Origin: Nitrospirales bacterium
GTDB taxonomy: Bacteria > Nitrospirota > Nitrospiria > Nitrospirales > UBA8639
NCBI GenBank assembly: GCA_963555755.3
Contig: OY820905.2
Location: 4,192,001 to 4,256,000 of the forward strand
Direction: 5' to 3'
Length of the DNA: 64,000 nt
A program made the position numbers and the translations under genes. Within the stretch, counting starts at the first letter, position 1. Each line of letters starts with the position of its first letter. Under the pieces are notes generated by a model. The model made no database searches and had not been told where the DNA came from. It saw only the letters and a program-made list of their open reading frames with translations. Positions 40,393 through 50,206 of this stretch are shown piece after piece.

Positions 40393-42024
40393 TCACGCTT
40401 TACGCTTAACGGGTTCTTGCACTTTTTTCAGTAATAGGAAAACGACGGGAATGGTAATCGCCACGATGAGTAAGGCCGGCGGGGCAGCCAGTTGATACAA
40501 CTCTTCACTCGCTTCCAGCCAAATTCGTATGGCGAGTGTATCGAACCCAACGGGACGCAGCAAGAGGGTCGCGGGCAGTTCTTTCATGCACTGGACAAAG
40601 ACCAAAATCCAGGCACTGAGGAATCCCCCTCGGACCAAGGGAAACGTGACCGTGCGAAACGTGCGTAAGGAACGAGATCCGAGACTTCTAGCCGCCTCTT
40701 CGAGATTCGGGGTCAGTTGATGAAGGGTCGATTCCATGCCCTGCAGCGCCACGGGCAGAAAGTGGACGAGATAGGCAATGAGCAGCACCAGGACCGTGCC
40801 ATATAACTCTGGCATGAGGTGCGAGACCAGAACGAGCACGGCTAAGGCCGCTACGGGGCCTGGTAAGACGTACCCCGTGTAGGCACCTTGGATACACAGA
40901 AGGCTGGCCCATGTTTGTTTGCGACAGGCCAAGTAGGCCAAGGGAATGCCACAGACAAGGGCTAATGTCGCCGTGATGCCGGCAAGGGAAATGGTGTTCC
41001 ACACATACCCCATGAATCCGCTGGCGAGCTCTCCGGCTGCAAGGGCATCCATGGTCCATTGCACCAACAGAAACACGGGGATGCCAAAGGCTGTTGCGAA
41101 GACGATGGTGAGGACTCCGGTGAAGCCAAGGGTTTGTAGGGGACTACAGGCCTGTGGAATCGGCTTTCGAAACCGGCCAGTGGTTTGATAAAACCGACTC
41201 CGTTGTCGAAACCAGCGTTCACCTAACAGGAAGATAAATGTGCAGGATACCAAGAACAGGCTTAAGCAGGCTGCGGCGGTATTGTCGAATCGTCCAGTCA
41301 TTTGTTGATAGATGGCATAGGTGAAGGTTTGATAGCGCAACATCGCCATGGCGCCAAAATCAGAAGCCACATATAGAATGGCCAAGAACAGTCCGGCCAT
41401 AAGCGAGGGCCGGATCATGGGTAGTGACACACGAAAGAAGGTGTTCAGCGGACTGGCACCTGTCGCACGCGCGGCTTCTTCAAAAGAAATATTGAAATTC
41501 TGAAAGGCTGATCGCGCCAATAAATAGACGAAGGGAAACGTGTTGATGGACATGACTAATGTCGCGCCCGCGAAACTGAACGGGGAAAAAATCTGCGCGT
41601 CAGCTCCTGCGACCATTTGCCAGGCATGTTCAAGCGGACCGTTGCGTTGCAAGAGAAATGTATAGGTGTAGGCGAGGACGTACGAAGGAATCGCCAAGGG
41701 TAGAATGATGAGCCAGTTCCACACCGTTGAGCCGACAAAGCGGTAACGAGTGAGAATCCATGCCAGAGAAACGCCTAGAACCAGATCAATCACCGCGACG
41801 CTGAGGGCCAATGAAAATGTGTTGAATAACAATTCAGGAATGCGAGTGGTCCACAGCCTTCGCCAGACTGCCGTGTCAGCCGTGATTGCGGAAACTATCA
41901 CGTACAACAAGGGAAGCGTAATCAGCCCTGCCAGGATAAAGGCGACAACAATCAAAGGAGAAGGAAATCGAAAGCGCGTACGTGACAAGCTGAGGGAAGG
42001 ATTAGCGAAGGCCAACGTGTTCAA
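40393..42024 (-). CDS. Fe3+ ABC transporter permease (FbpB/FutB-like)
   Basis: Two EEAAR loops, PLAIPSYV, KELPATLLLRP. Confidence 0.92.
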   Translation of the reverse strand: MNTLAFANPSLSLSRTRFRFPSPLIVVAFILAGLITLPLLYVIVSAITADTAVWRRLWTTRIPELLFNTFSLALSVAVIDLVLGVSLAWILTRYRFVGSTVWNWLIILPLAIPSYVLAYTYTFLLQRNGPLEHAWQMVAGADAQIFSPFSFAGATLVMSINTFPFVYLLARSAFQNFNISFEEAARATGASPLNTFFRVSLPMIRPSLMAGLFLAILYVASDFGAMAMLRYQTFTYAIYQQMTGRFDNTAAACLSLFLVSCTFIFLLGERWFRQRSRFYQTTGRFRKPIPQACSPLQTLGFTGVLTIVFATAFGIPVFLLVQWTMDALAAGELASGFMGYVWNTISLAGITATLALVCGIPLAYLACRKQTWASLLCIQGAYTGYVLPGPVAALAVLVLVSHLMPELYGTVLVLLIAYLVHFLPVALQGMESTLHQLTPNLEEAARSLGSRSLRTFRTVTFPLVRGGFLSAWILVFVQCMKELPATLLLRPVGFDTLAIRIWLEASEELYQLAAPPALLIVAITIPVVFLLLKKVQEPVKRKA

Positions 42025-43030
42025 TCACGGTCATGGTGGGATCGCGGAGTTCAGCTAAACGGGAAAGGGGAACGCGCGCGACTTGAAAGCTTTTCAGGGG
42101 AAGCAGCTCGGGTGCAGCATCAACGTTGGCATTGAGTGGGTATTCTTTGTTGACGCTGGCGAACATCTGTTGTCCTTTGGTGGAGATAAGGAATTGGACT
42201 AGCGCTTTAGCCTGGGCCAGGTGTTTCGCATGTGCGGTGATGCCAATGCCCGCGGCATTTAAGACAAGGCCCATGCCGTTTTCTTCTTGATCAAGTAACA
42301 ACTGGGCAATCGGGGCATCGGGATGCTTGGCTAAATGGCGATAGATGTAATAGTGGTTCACGAGTCCGACCGCCACGTCGCCTCGTGCCACAGCCGCAAC
42401 AATCTGCCGGTTCTTTCCATACACCGATGAGCCGGCATTATCTTTGAGACCACGCAAAAACTCTTTGGTGACCGCGTCGCCTTTAGTCTCACGAATCACC
42501 GACACACCAGTTTGCAAATATACACTCCCGGCACTCGGAATGGCTACTTTCCCTTTCCACTGGGGTTTGGCAAGGTCCAAGATTGAAGAAAGAGCATCCG
42601 GCTTCACCATCGTCGTGTTATAGACCACCACCCAAATGCGTCCGGACAATCCGATCCAACTATTATCTGGAGCCCGAAACGATTGAGGAATAGCGGCTTC
42701 GATTCCGGGCATGTCAATGGCTTGGAGCAGATGAAGCTCACGCGCACGTTCGAGGGTCCCGGCATCGTTGGTGATAAAGACATCAGCAGGTGAGCGTTTC
42801 CCTTCCATCCTGAGCCGATTCACGAGGGCCGTACTATCGGCAGTGAGCATCTGAATAGCAATGCCGGATTCAGCCTGAAAAGCGTCGAGCACAGGTTTAA
42901 TCAAGCGCTCAGCTCGACCGGAATAAACCACGAGCGAATCACCAGAAAACGACAGTGGGGGGGCGCATAGGAGGGAGACGATAAGACAAACAGAATAGGT
43001 AAGGATTCTAGCTGTGGATTGAGAACGCAC
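42002..43030 (-). CDS. Fe3+ ABC transporter substrate-binding protein (FbpA/FutA-like)
   Basis: VYSGR, EG.RSPADVF, VNHYY iron-ligand Tyr pair, EYP. Confidence 0.92.
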   Translation of the reverse strand: MRSQSTARILTYSVCLIVSLLCAPPLSFSGDSLVVYSGRAERLIKPVLDAFQAESGIAIQMLTADSTALVNRLRMEGKRSPADVFITNDAGTLERARELHLLQAIDMPGIEAAIPQSFRAPDNSWIGLSGRIWVVVYNTTMVKPDALSSILDLAKPQWKGKVAIPSAGSVYLQTGVSVIRETKGDAVTKEFLRGLKDNAGSSVYGKNRQIVAAVARGDVAVGLVNHYYIYRHLAKHPDAPIAQLLLDQEENGMGLVLNAAGIGITAHAKHLAQAKALVQFLISTKGQQMFASVNKEYPLNANVDAAPELLPLKSFQVARVPLSRLAELRDPTMTVIEHVGLR

Positions 43031-43037
43031 GCGCTCG

Positions 43038-43520
43038 CTACCTTCGACCTGTTTGGGTGTTCAGTGCACGGCCACAGTTCTTGCACTCTCCATTGGGAAG
43101 CTGAACGGGATCGCCATAGATCTCAAGTTTGTGCGTATGAATCGTGAATCCATTTTTTCGTGCCACTTCTTCCTGAAGGTCCTCAATTTGGCAGTTCTCA
43201 AATTCGATGATTTTGTCGCAGGTCGTGCAGATCAAGTGGTCATGATGCCCCTTGTGCGAGACGTTATCAAACTTGGTTTGGGAGCCGAAGTGCTGTTCCT
43301 GGGCCATTCCGGTCTCACACAAGAGCTTTAACGTTCGATACACCGTGGCCAAACCGATGTGCGGATCCTTCTTGGCGAGCATGCGATACATCTGCTCCGC
43401 TGTCACATGTTCCATTTTGAGAAACGTGGTAAGGATGTTTTCCCGTTGCCGGGTGAGTTTCAGATTGTTCTTGGTCAGGTGCTGCTTGAGAATTTCGAGT
43501 TCTTTGGTGGGTTTCGCCAT
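43038..43520 (-). CDS. fur: Fur-family transcriptional regulator
   Basis: TRQR, HVTAE, GLATVYRTL, HHDHLICxxC, C-terminal CKNC. Confidence 0.9.
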   Translation of the reverse strand: MAKPTKELEILKQHLTKNNLKLTRQRENILTTFLKMEHVTAEQMYRMLAKKDPHIGLATVYRTLKLLCETGMAQEQHFGSQTKFDNVSHKGHHDHLICTTCDKIIEFENCQIEDLQEEVARKNGFTIHTHKLEIYGDPVQLPNGECKNCGRALNTQTGRR

Positions 43521-43620
43521 TAGTGGATTCTCTTTCTCAATTGAATATCCTATTAAAACCAAAAAAAGACAACAGGGTCAAGCCAAAAATGGGAGAGGTT
43601 GTGTTGTATGTGGTTTTCCC

Positions 43621-44117
43621 TCTGTCATTTCGACCCTTGGGAGAAATCTCTCATTCGACAATGAGGGGAGATTTCTCGCTCCACTCGAAATGACAAGACC
43701 GTTGTGATCTGTCATTTCGACCCTTGGGAGAAATCTCTCGTTCGACAATGGGGGGAGATTTCTCGCTCCGCTCGAAATGACAAGACCGTTGTGATCTGTC
43801 ATTTCGACCCTTGGGAGAAATCTCTCATTCGACAATGAGGGGAGATTTCTCGCTCCGCTCGAAATGACAAGACCGTTGTGATCTGTCATTTCGACCCTTG
43901 GGAGAAATCTCTCGTTCGACAATGTGGGGGAGATTTCTCGCTCCGCTCGAAATGACAAGACCGTTGTGATCTGTCTCGACCCTTGGGAGAAATGACAAGA
44001 CCGTTGTGATCTGTCATTTCGGGGAGATCTCTCATTCGACAATGAGGGGAGATTTCTCGCTCCACTCGAAATGACAAGACCGTTGTGATGTAAGGGGTTC
44101 TCCCAAGGGTCGAAATG
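43621..44117. repeat. Tandem array of 87-bp family C hairpin units (4 full units plus degenerate ones)
   Basis: Units start at 43621, 43708, 43795, 43882; each is GTCATTTCGA..GAGAAATCTC..GAGATTTCTC..TCGAAATGAC plus a constant linker. Confidence 0.92.
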
Positions 44118-44177
44118 GCCACACAGTTGTTATGTCACGTTGTTCTTTCATTTTCTGTTTCGGTCGTGGGTCCTCGA

Positions 44178-44414
44178 GTTGGGCGCGGCGGAGCCGCATA
44201 CACGAATCGGCTTTTCGGCGAAGGTTGTTTGAGTCCATTGACAAGGCTCAGGATGGACTTCGCGATTTCCCGAGCCATCTTGACCTGTCCTGAGCGGAGT
44301 CGAAGGGTTCGGGGCGGAGGCGGAGGGACCCGGAGGGCCGCACACGGGTGAGAATGGTTTTGGGCACTTTTGCCGAAACACAAGTGTCTCGTTGCGCCGG
44401 GGCGATACCTCGCA
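44178..44414 (-). repeat. Repeat family B copy
   Basis: Similar to 16527-16764. Confidence 0.75.
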
Positions 44415-44549
44415 TGAATAAAGCCATAGAATTGGTGGGCAGTACCCACCCTACATTGATTTCTGAATTTCTTTCCTAGGCCACAATCTTCCCTTTTCTC
44501 GTTGACGCCGTTCATGGTTGCTCGTTAGGATCGCGATCTTGTCGACTTA

Positions 44550-44706
44550 GGGTTCGCGCAAGCATAACTTCCCACGTTTGGGTGCTGAGACGCCTGTCTG
44601 GCAAGGCGCGAGGACTGCGCATACTCCTCGTATGAAAAGGATGAGCAACGCCGCCAGACTGGATAGATCGACGCCCAAACATGGGAAGTTATTCTTACGC
44701 GAACCC
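44550..44706. mobile_element. MITE (family F) flanked by TTA
   Basis: Long TIR GGGTTCGCG.AAG.ATAACTTCCCA.GTTTGGG at both ends. Confidence 0.75.
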
Positions 44707-44710
44707 TTAA

Positions 44711-44851
44711 GGGCACCTCTACAAACCAGGCATTTTTTGTGAGGGCAAGGAAGCCGCGCGCGGAAAACCGGAGTGTATGGGCGAATACATGAGGATGTGA
44801 GCACGCGGCTGACGCCGCCATCACGGAAAAGGACGGTTTTTAGAGGTGCCC
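44711..44851. mobile_element. MITE (family G) with TTAA TSD
   Basis: TIR GGGCACCTCTA.AAACC / GGTTTTTAGAGGTGCCC; TTAA at 44707-44710 and 44852-44855. Confidence 0.75.
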
Positions 44852-44892
44852 TTAAGATCTTTTGCCGAAATTATAGGGCCAGGAACGAATTC

Positions 44893-45459
44893 ATGCGTAA
44901 ACCCAACGACATCACTATTGATCGGACCTTACTGATCTACGTGCTTCATTTTGCGGAGTCGAAGGAGTTTTCGATGGTCAGTGATGTGAAGCTTCAGCAG
45001 CTTGTGTTTCTTGCCGAGTTGCAAATGCTTGGAAAAGGGTTGCGTGGGTTTCATTATGAGTTTATGCGTTACCCCTATGGAGCCTTCAGCAAAGATCTCG
45101 ACAATGACCTGCTGGCCATGCGCAAGAAAGAACGGTTAGAGAATTTTGATGTGGTCGGGCAGGCGGAGGACTGTATTCCGCTTTTGGAGGAAGCCATTCC
45201 TGGCGTCGAGGCGAATGAACAGATCATGGAAATCATCCAAGCCGTGGTCGAAACCTACGGGTCCAAAGACCTTGGTGAGATTTCGAAATCTGTCGAAGAT
45301 GTGGAAATCAGCGTGGTTGATCGTCCTGAAGATAAAATAGTTATTCTCGATATTCCCTTTCACTCCATGATGTTGGTGCCTTCTCGCATCGAAGTCACTG
45401 GGGAATTTTCTTTCCTTCCCAAAACTCTCTCTCAACTGAATACGGCGCTTGGGATGTAA
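44893..45459 (+). CDS. Hypothetical protein with Panacea/SocA (DUF4065)-like N-terminus
   Basis: KLQQLVFLAE...YEFMRYPYGAFSKDL resembles KL.KL.Y....F....YGP. Confidence 0.55.
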   Translation: MRKPNDITIDRTLLIYVLHFAESKEFSMVSDVKLQQLVFLAELQMLGKGLRGFHYEFMRYPYGAFSKDLDNDLLAMRKKERLENFDVVGQAEDCIPLLEEAIPGVEANEQIMEIIQAVVETYGSKDLGEISKSVEDVEISVVDRPEDKIVILDIPFHSMMLVPSRIEVTGEFSFLPKTLSQLNTALGM

Positions 45460-45480
45460 TTCTCTTTCTGGGTTGAGGAA

Positions 45481-45511
45481 CGGGGCCGAGTAACGTGTGC
45501 ACTCAGCCCCG
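45481..45511. terminator. Hairpin between convergent genes
   Basis: CGGGGCCGAGT..ACTCAGCCCCG; no clear U-tract. Confidence 0.4.
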
Positions 45512-45536
45512 CGAAGACTCTCTGAACCGATGGGGA

Positions 45537-45857
45537 CTACTTGGATGAAGGTGATTGGGTGGCAACCCCAATCGTGATGAGTTCTTTTAGTTTGGCGAAT
45601 TTTCCTGTGTCAATGCCATTGACTTTCATCAGCTCATTGATACTCGTGAAGGGCCCAACGTCCGTTCGATAGTTGACAATGCGTTGGGCGATTTCTTTGC
45701 CAATGCCTGGCAATAGTTCAAGCTGTTTGGTCGTGGCGGTATTGAGATCGATTGTGCCCTCAGCGGCGAGCACCAGACCAGGAAAACTCAAACACAATAC
45801 GAAGGCCAACAGTCCAATGGTCATGTAAGACCGAGCAAATTGTTGAAACGGATTCAT
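45537..45857 (-). CDS. comEA: ComEA-like helix-hairpin-helix DNA-binding protein
   Basis: Signal peptide; IDLNTAT..LELLPGIG..AQRIV.YR..GPF.S..LMKVNGI. Confidence 0.88.
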   Translation of the reverse strand: MNPFQQFARSYMTIGLLAFVLCLSFPGLVLAAEGTIDLNTATTKQLELLPGIGKEIAQRIVNYRTDVGPFTSINELMKVNGIDTGKFAKLKELITIGVATQSPSSK

Positions 45858-45956
45858 ACACTTTCCCTCCTTTGAATAAGATTAAATGACCAGAAGAAAC
45901 ACTCCTGACTTTTCATGAAGCAGAATGTATGCCAGTTCGAGGCTAGAGTCAAGCCC

Positions 45957-47859
45957 CAGGGCTAATTCATATTAGAGTGTAACTTTATAGATAATAAGGA
46001 ATAATCGATTTAGGCTGGCTTTTTCTTTTCGTTTACAGCATACTCTTTTGCATGCCAGACGAATCGCCCAGCGGACAGCCGGTCATTGATCTGAGGCAAG
46101 TCGTGGTTCGCCCAATTGTCCGGGACGAGCAGGACGCCTTCAAGTCCCTCCTCGCCCGACATCACTACCTCGGGCCTGCCCCGTTGATTGGCCCCTCGAT
46201 CCAATATCTCGCCTGTGTGCAGGATCGCTGGCTGGCCTTGCTGGTGTTTGCGGCGGCGGCCCTCAAATCGAAACCGCGCGACCACTGGATCGGCTGGCCC
46301 CCCTGTTTTCACTGGCAACGCCTCCATTTACTGGCCAACAACACCCGGTTTCTCATCCTGCCGGACTGCTCGCAAAAGAACCTCGCCTCGAAAGTCCTGG
46401 CGCTCTGCGCGAAACGGATCGCGGCCGATTGGCAACTGTGCCACGGCTACCCCTTGCTCCTCTTAGAGACCTTCGTCGATCCTGCCCGCTTCACCGGGAC
46501 CTGCTATCGAGCCGCCGGGTGGCAGGAGCTCGGGCTGACACGAGGGTTTCGCAAGTCCAATACGCGGTATGTTCAGCATGACCGCCCGAAACGCATCCTG
46601 GTCAAGAGCCTCCATCCCCAAGCCCGAGAGATTCTTGCACGCCCGATGCTTGATCAGCCCTATCAGAAAGGAGAAGCGCCTCAGATGAGATTGAATACAA
46701 AACAGACGGACTCCCTCTTTACGTATGTGGTGCAGCTGACCGATCCCCGCCATTTGCAAGGGCAACGGCACACCCGACGCGCCCTCACGGCGATCATGTT
46801 CTGTGCCACCTTGTGCGGCGCGCGCGGCTATGAAGCGATCTCGGACTGGGCCCAGCAGTTATCGCAGCCGATGCGCAAGCGGCTAGGCTGTACTCAGCGA
46901 GGGGGGCGCTACCTCGTCCCGAGCCGCAGCACTCTTTACCGCTTTATCACGGCCGTCGACCCCTGTGAAGTCGATACCCTGCTCGGCCGGTGGCTGGACA
47001 CCTTCGGCGGGGAGGATCAGGGCATTGCCATTGATGGCAAGACCATGCGGGGGACTTCGAAGGTCCCGAGCGAACAGACCCATGTCCTCAGTGCCGTCAC
47101 CCATGACGAGGGGCGCCACCTCACCCAAAAAAAGTTAACTCCAAAACCAATGAGATCCCCTGCGTGCGGCCCCTGTTAGATGCGCTCGAGATCGCAGGGA
47201 AGGTGATCACGGCGGATGCGCTCCTCACCCAGAAAGAGATTGCCGAGTACCTGGTGCACGAACGCGGCGCCGACTTCGTCTTCACCGTCAAGGGAAACCA
47301 GCCCACCTTGAAGCACGACATTGAGGCCTTGGCGTTGCGAGCACGCCGGTGTGATTATGCCACCACCGAGAAAGGCCATGGGCAGATCACGACCCGCAGG
47401 ATCTGGTGCGATGACTCCCTGAATGCCTATGTCAACTTTCCTCATGTCCAGCAAGTCTTCTGCATTGAGAGGGAAGTGACGCATCTCAAGCAGGGCCTCA
47501 CGACCGTCGAAGCGGTCTGCGGTGTCACGAGTCAGTCCAAAGACAAGGCGGGGCCGAAGACCATCCTCTCGCAAAACCGAAAGCATTGGAGTGTGGAGAA
47601 TAAGCAGCATTATGTGTTGGACGTCACCTTTGATGAAGACCGGAGTCAGATCAGACGGCTCAATGGCCCGATGGTCATGACCTGTCTGAGACGCTATGCC
47701 ATCAGTCTCTTACGCGTGAAAGGCAACACCAATATCGCGCAGGCGTTTAGATGGCTCTGGGCCAAGCCGCATGTAGCCATCCGTATGGCCTTGCCCTGAA
47801 AAAGAGAGCAAAAAAACCTAATGGAACCACTTGCTTATAAAAAGAATGAAATGGCCCTG
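45957..47859 (+). mobile_element. ISAs1-family IS carrying DUF4338, diverged copy 3, no TSD
   Basis: CAGGGCTAATTCAT / ATGAAATGGCCCTG ends; flanks AGTCAAGCCC and GGGGGAGTCT differ. Confidence 0.9.
46052..47799 (+). CDS. DUF4338-ISAs1 transposase fusion, -1 frameshift at A AAA AAG (47128-47134)
   Basis: The shift joins LTQKK to VNSKTNEIPCVRPLLD. Confidence 0.88.
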
Positions 47860-47926
47860 GGGGGAGTCTTAGGTGGATACGAATGACGGCGACATAAAGT
47901 GGCCTACCCAATTGAAGAGACGAGAG

Positions 47927-48301
47927 ATGCGCAACCAGCAAGGCGTAACCCTTGTGGAAGTCATCATTGCCATGGGCCTGGTGTTCATGGCGCTCCTCGC
48001 GCTTTCCGGGTTGGCCACGGTGTCGTTGAAGGGGGCTGCCACGGCCAAACATCTCACCACGGCCACGGTATTAGCGCAAGAAAAACTCGAAGATGTGAAG
48101 CTGACCGGGTACAACCCGGATATCGTCAGTAGTGTAGAAGTAGACGAACCGTATGAATCCTTGCCAGACTTTCCTCTCTATAAACGAGTTGTAACGATTG
48201 ATCCCAACAATCCGACTATCGGCCTGCAAACCGTCACGGTGATGGTTTCGTGGGCCGACGACCGTCACGCCGTTTCACTGTCCACCATCTTGGCCGAATA
48301 A
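47927..48301 (+). CDS. Type IV minor pilin, PilV-like
   Basis: Prepilin motif QQG|VTLVEVII; LAQEKLE. Confidence 0.85.
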   Translation: MRNQQGVTLVEVIIAMGLVFMALLALSGLATVSLKGAATAKHLTTATVLAQEKLEDVKLTGYNPDIVSSVEVDEPYESLPDFPLYKRVVTIDPNNPTIGLQTVTVMVSWADDRHAVSLSTILAE

Positions 48302-48303
48302 CC

Positions 48304-48927
48304 ATGGCCGATCATTGGGGCACACTTTTTGATCAACGCGGGGTGACGTTAACCGAACTCATGGTAGCGTTGGTCATGGGATTGGCGACCGTTGCGGCAG
48401 TGTATAGCGTGCACCTGGTGCAAGTGAAGCAGCGAATCCTTCAAGAGGATGTCATGGCCATGCAACAAAATGCTCGTGCGGCCATGGATCTTATGACTCG
48501 CGAGATTCGAATGGCTGGGTATGATCCAATGGGGGTGAATCGAGATGGGAGTGACTCGAATGATTTTTCCGGGGTGGCCTACCACCCAACGGAACTTCAG
48601 ATCAAATCAGACCTTAATGGGAACGGGCTTCTCACGGATTCGAACGAATCCATCGTGTTTCTTTATGATGCCTCAACCTTGACCCTCAGACGGAAAGTCG
48701 GTCGAGGCGGGCGACAACCCCTGGCTGAACATATCCAGTCCCTTGCCCTACAATATTTCGACCAGGGTGGTGCTCCAACAATAGATTCAACAAACATTCG
48801 TATGATAGAAGTAGCACTCACTGCACAAACAGAACATGCCGATCCCCAGTATCCCAAAAATGAAGGACACCGAACCTTTACCCTGCGATCCCGAGTCACC
48901 CCAAGAAATTTAGGCTTATTGCGATGA
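48304..48927 (+). CDS. Type IV minor pilin, PilW-like
   Basis: QRG|VTLTELMV; QQNARAAMD...EIRMAGY; C-terminal PRN. Confidence 0.87.
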   Translation: MADHWGTLFDQRGVTLTELMVALVMGLATVAAVYSVHLVQVKQRILQEDVMAMQQNARAAMDLMTREIRMAGYDPMGVNRDGSDSNDFSGVAYHPTELQIKSDLNGNGLLTDSNESIVFLYDASTLTLRRKVGRGGRQPLAEHIQSLALQYFDQGGAPTIDSTNIRMIEVALTAQTEHADPQYPKNEGHRTFTLRSRVTPRNLGLLR

Positions 48928-49318
48928 AGACGGCATCGTGATCCGTGCAAGCCAACTTCTCACGCGACGTCTGGGAGTATTTGGGGCTATCCGGGCTAGC
49001 TTTCACTTGGGTCAAAAATATAAAATATGGGGTCAGACTCGAATTAATGGATGTTTCTGCTCATGTTTAGTTGGCCAAATACCTAATAAATCGAAAGGGT
49101 CAATCGCGTTTCGTCTATCACATTCTGCTTGTATTGTAGGTTTGTCCAAGCCGACCCCTACTTTCATTCCCCCGTTCAATTATCATTTTTTGGCCTGTTG
49201 TTCTTGTAAGGTCAGACTCTGCTTTGTGATTCATGGGTCGAGGTAACTACTCAGGTCAATTTTCTATAGCCTGATTTTTTTCTGGACTAACGGCTCCACC
49301 CATGGCATAATCGGGGCC

Positions 49319-50206
49319 ATGAATGAAGCGATTACATGTCAAGGTCGTCGCCTCCCCCAATCTGATCTGTGCTGGTTACGCCATCTGGTTTGCCGGCACC
49401 CTGACTGGAGCCGCCATAAAATAACCCAGCATATTTGTCGGCACTGGGGCTGGCAGACCCCGTCCGGACAACTGAAAACCTTTGCCGCCCGCAGCATGAT
49501 CGACAAACTCGAACATCGCGGGCTCCTGAAGCTGCCCCCGATTCGTGTCGCCTCTCGACGCAACATCTTCCCCCCTTTCCGAAAGGGGTTTATGCCTCCC
49601 GAAGCCCCGCACATCGACGCAGCTCTCAAGACCCTGACGCCCCTGTCCATTCATATTCCAACCTCACATTCCTACGAAGCCAGTTGTGTGGGATATTACC
49701 TGAGCCACCATCACTACCTCGGGTTCACCCGAACGGTCGGTGAACATCTCAAGTACCTGGTGCGGGATCGCTCCGGGCAGGATCTGGCCTGCCTCCTCTT
49801 CGGTTCCGCCGCCTGGAAAACCACCCCGCGCGACACCTTTATCGGCTGGGAGCCGGACACCCGAGCCGCCAACCTCAACTTCATGACCAACAATACCCGC
49901 TTTCTCATCCTGCCCTGGGTGCGTGTGCCGCATCTGGCCAGCCATCTCCTGGGCCGGGTCATGAGACGTCTCCGGCAGGACTGGATCGAGAAATACGGCC
50001 ATCCCGTCCACTTGGTGGAGACCTTTGTGGAGCGAGACCGCTTCAAAGGTATCTGCTATCAGGCCGCGAACTGGCTCTATGTCGGGCAGACCAAAGGCCG
50101 GTCCCGGCAGGACCGTGACAAGGCTCTGCGCGTGCCGGTGAAGGCAATTTATCTCTATCCCCTCATCCGCCACTTCCGACAGGCCCTCTGCCGGAGCAAG
50201 CCATGA
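49319..50206 (+). CDS. DUF4338 (DruA-like) domain protein
   Basis: HHYLG, F.SAAWK..RD.FIGW, NNTRFLILPW, LASH.L, VETFV, G.CYQAANW..VGQTKGR. Confidence 0.85.
   Translation: MNEAITCQGRRLPQSDLCWLRHLVCRHPDWSRHKITQHICRHWGWQTPSGQLKTFAARSMIDKLEHRGLLKLPPIRVASRRNIFPPFRKGFMPPEAPHIDAALKTLTPLSIHIPTSHSYEASCVGYYLSHHHYLGFTRTVGEHLKYLVRDRSGQDLACLLFGSAAWKTTPRDTFIGWEPDTRAANLNFMTNNTRFLILPWVRVPHLASHLLGRVMRRLRQDWIEKYGHPVHLVETFVERDRFKGICYQAANWLYVGQTKGRSRQDRDKALRVPVKAIYLYPLIRHFRQALCRSKP

Noticed and set aside
43621..44117. CRISPR array
   Set aside because: The units are whole 87-bp near-identical palindromes with no unique spacers. The same unit occurs singly elsewhere, and no cas genes are present.
49319..50206. 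Complete Druantia defence system
   Set aside because: Only the DUF4338-like domain is present, inside IS boundaries; there is no DruE helicase or other dru gene.
36439..50206. Mu-like prophage or a functional com-mom pair
   Set aside because: There are no phage structural or replication genes. The Com-like gene and the DUF4338 genes lie in separate units, and no Com-box-like motif was seen before the DUF4338 ORFs.
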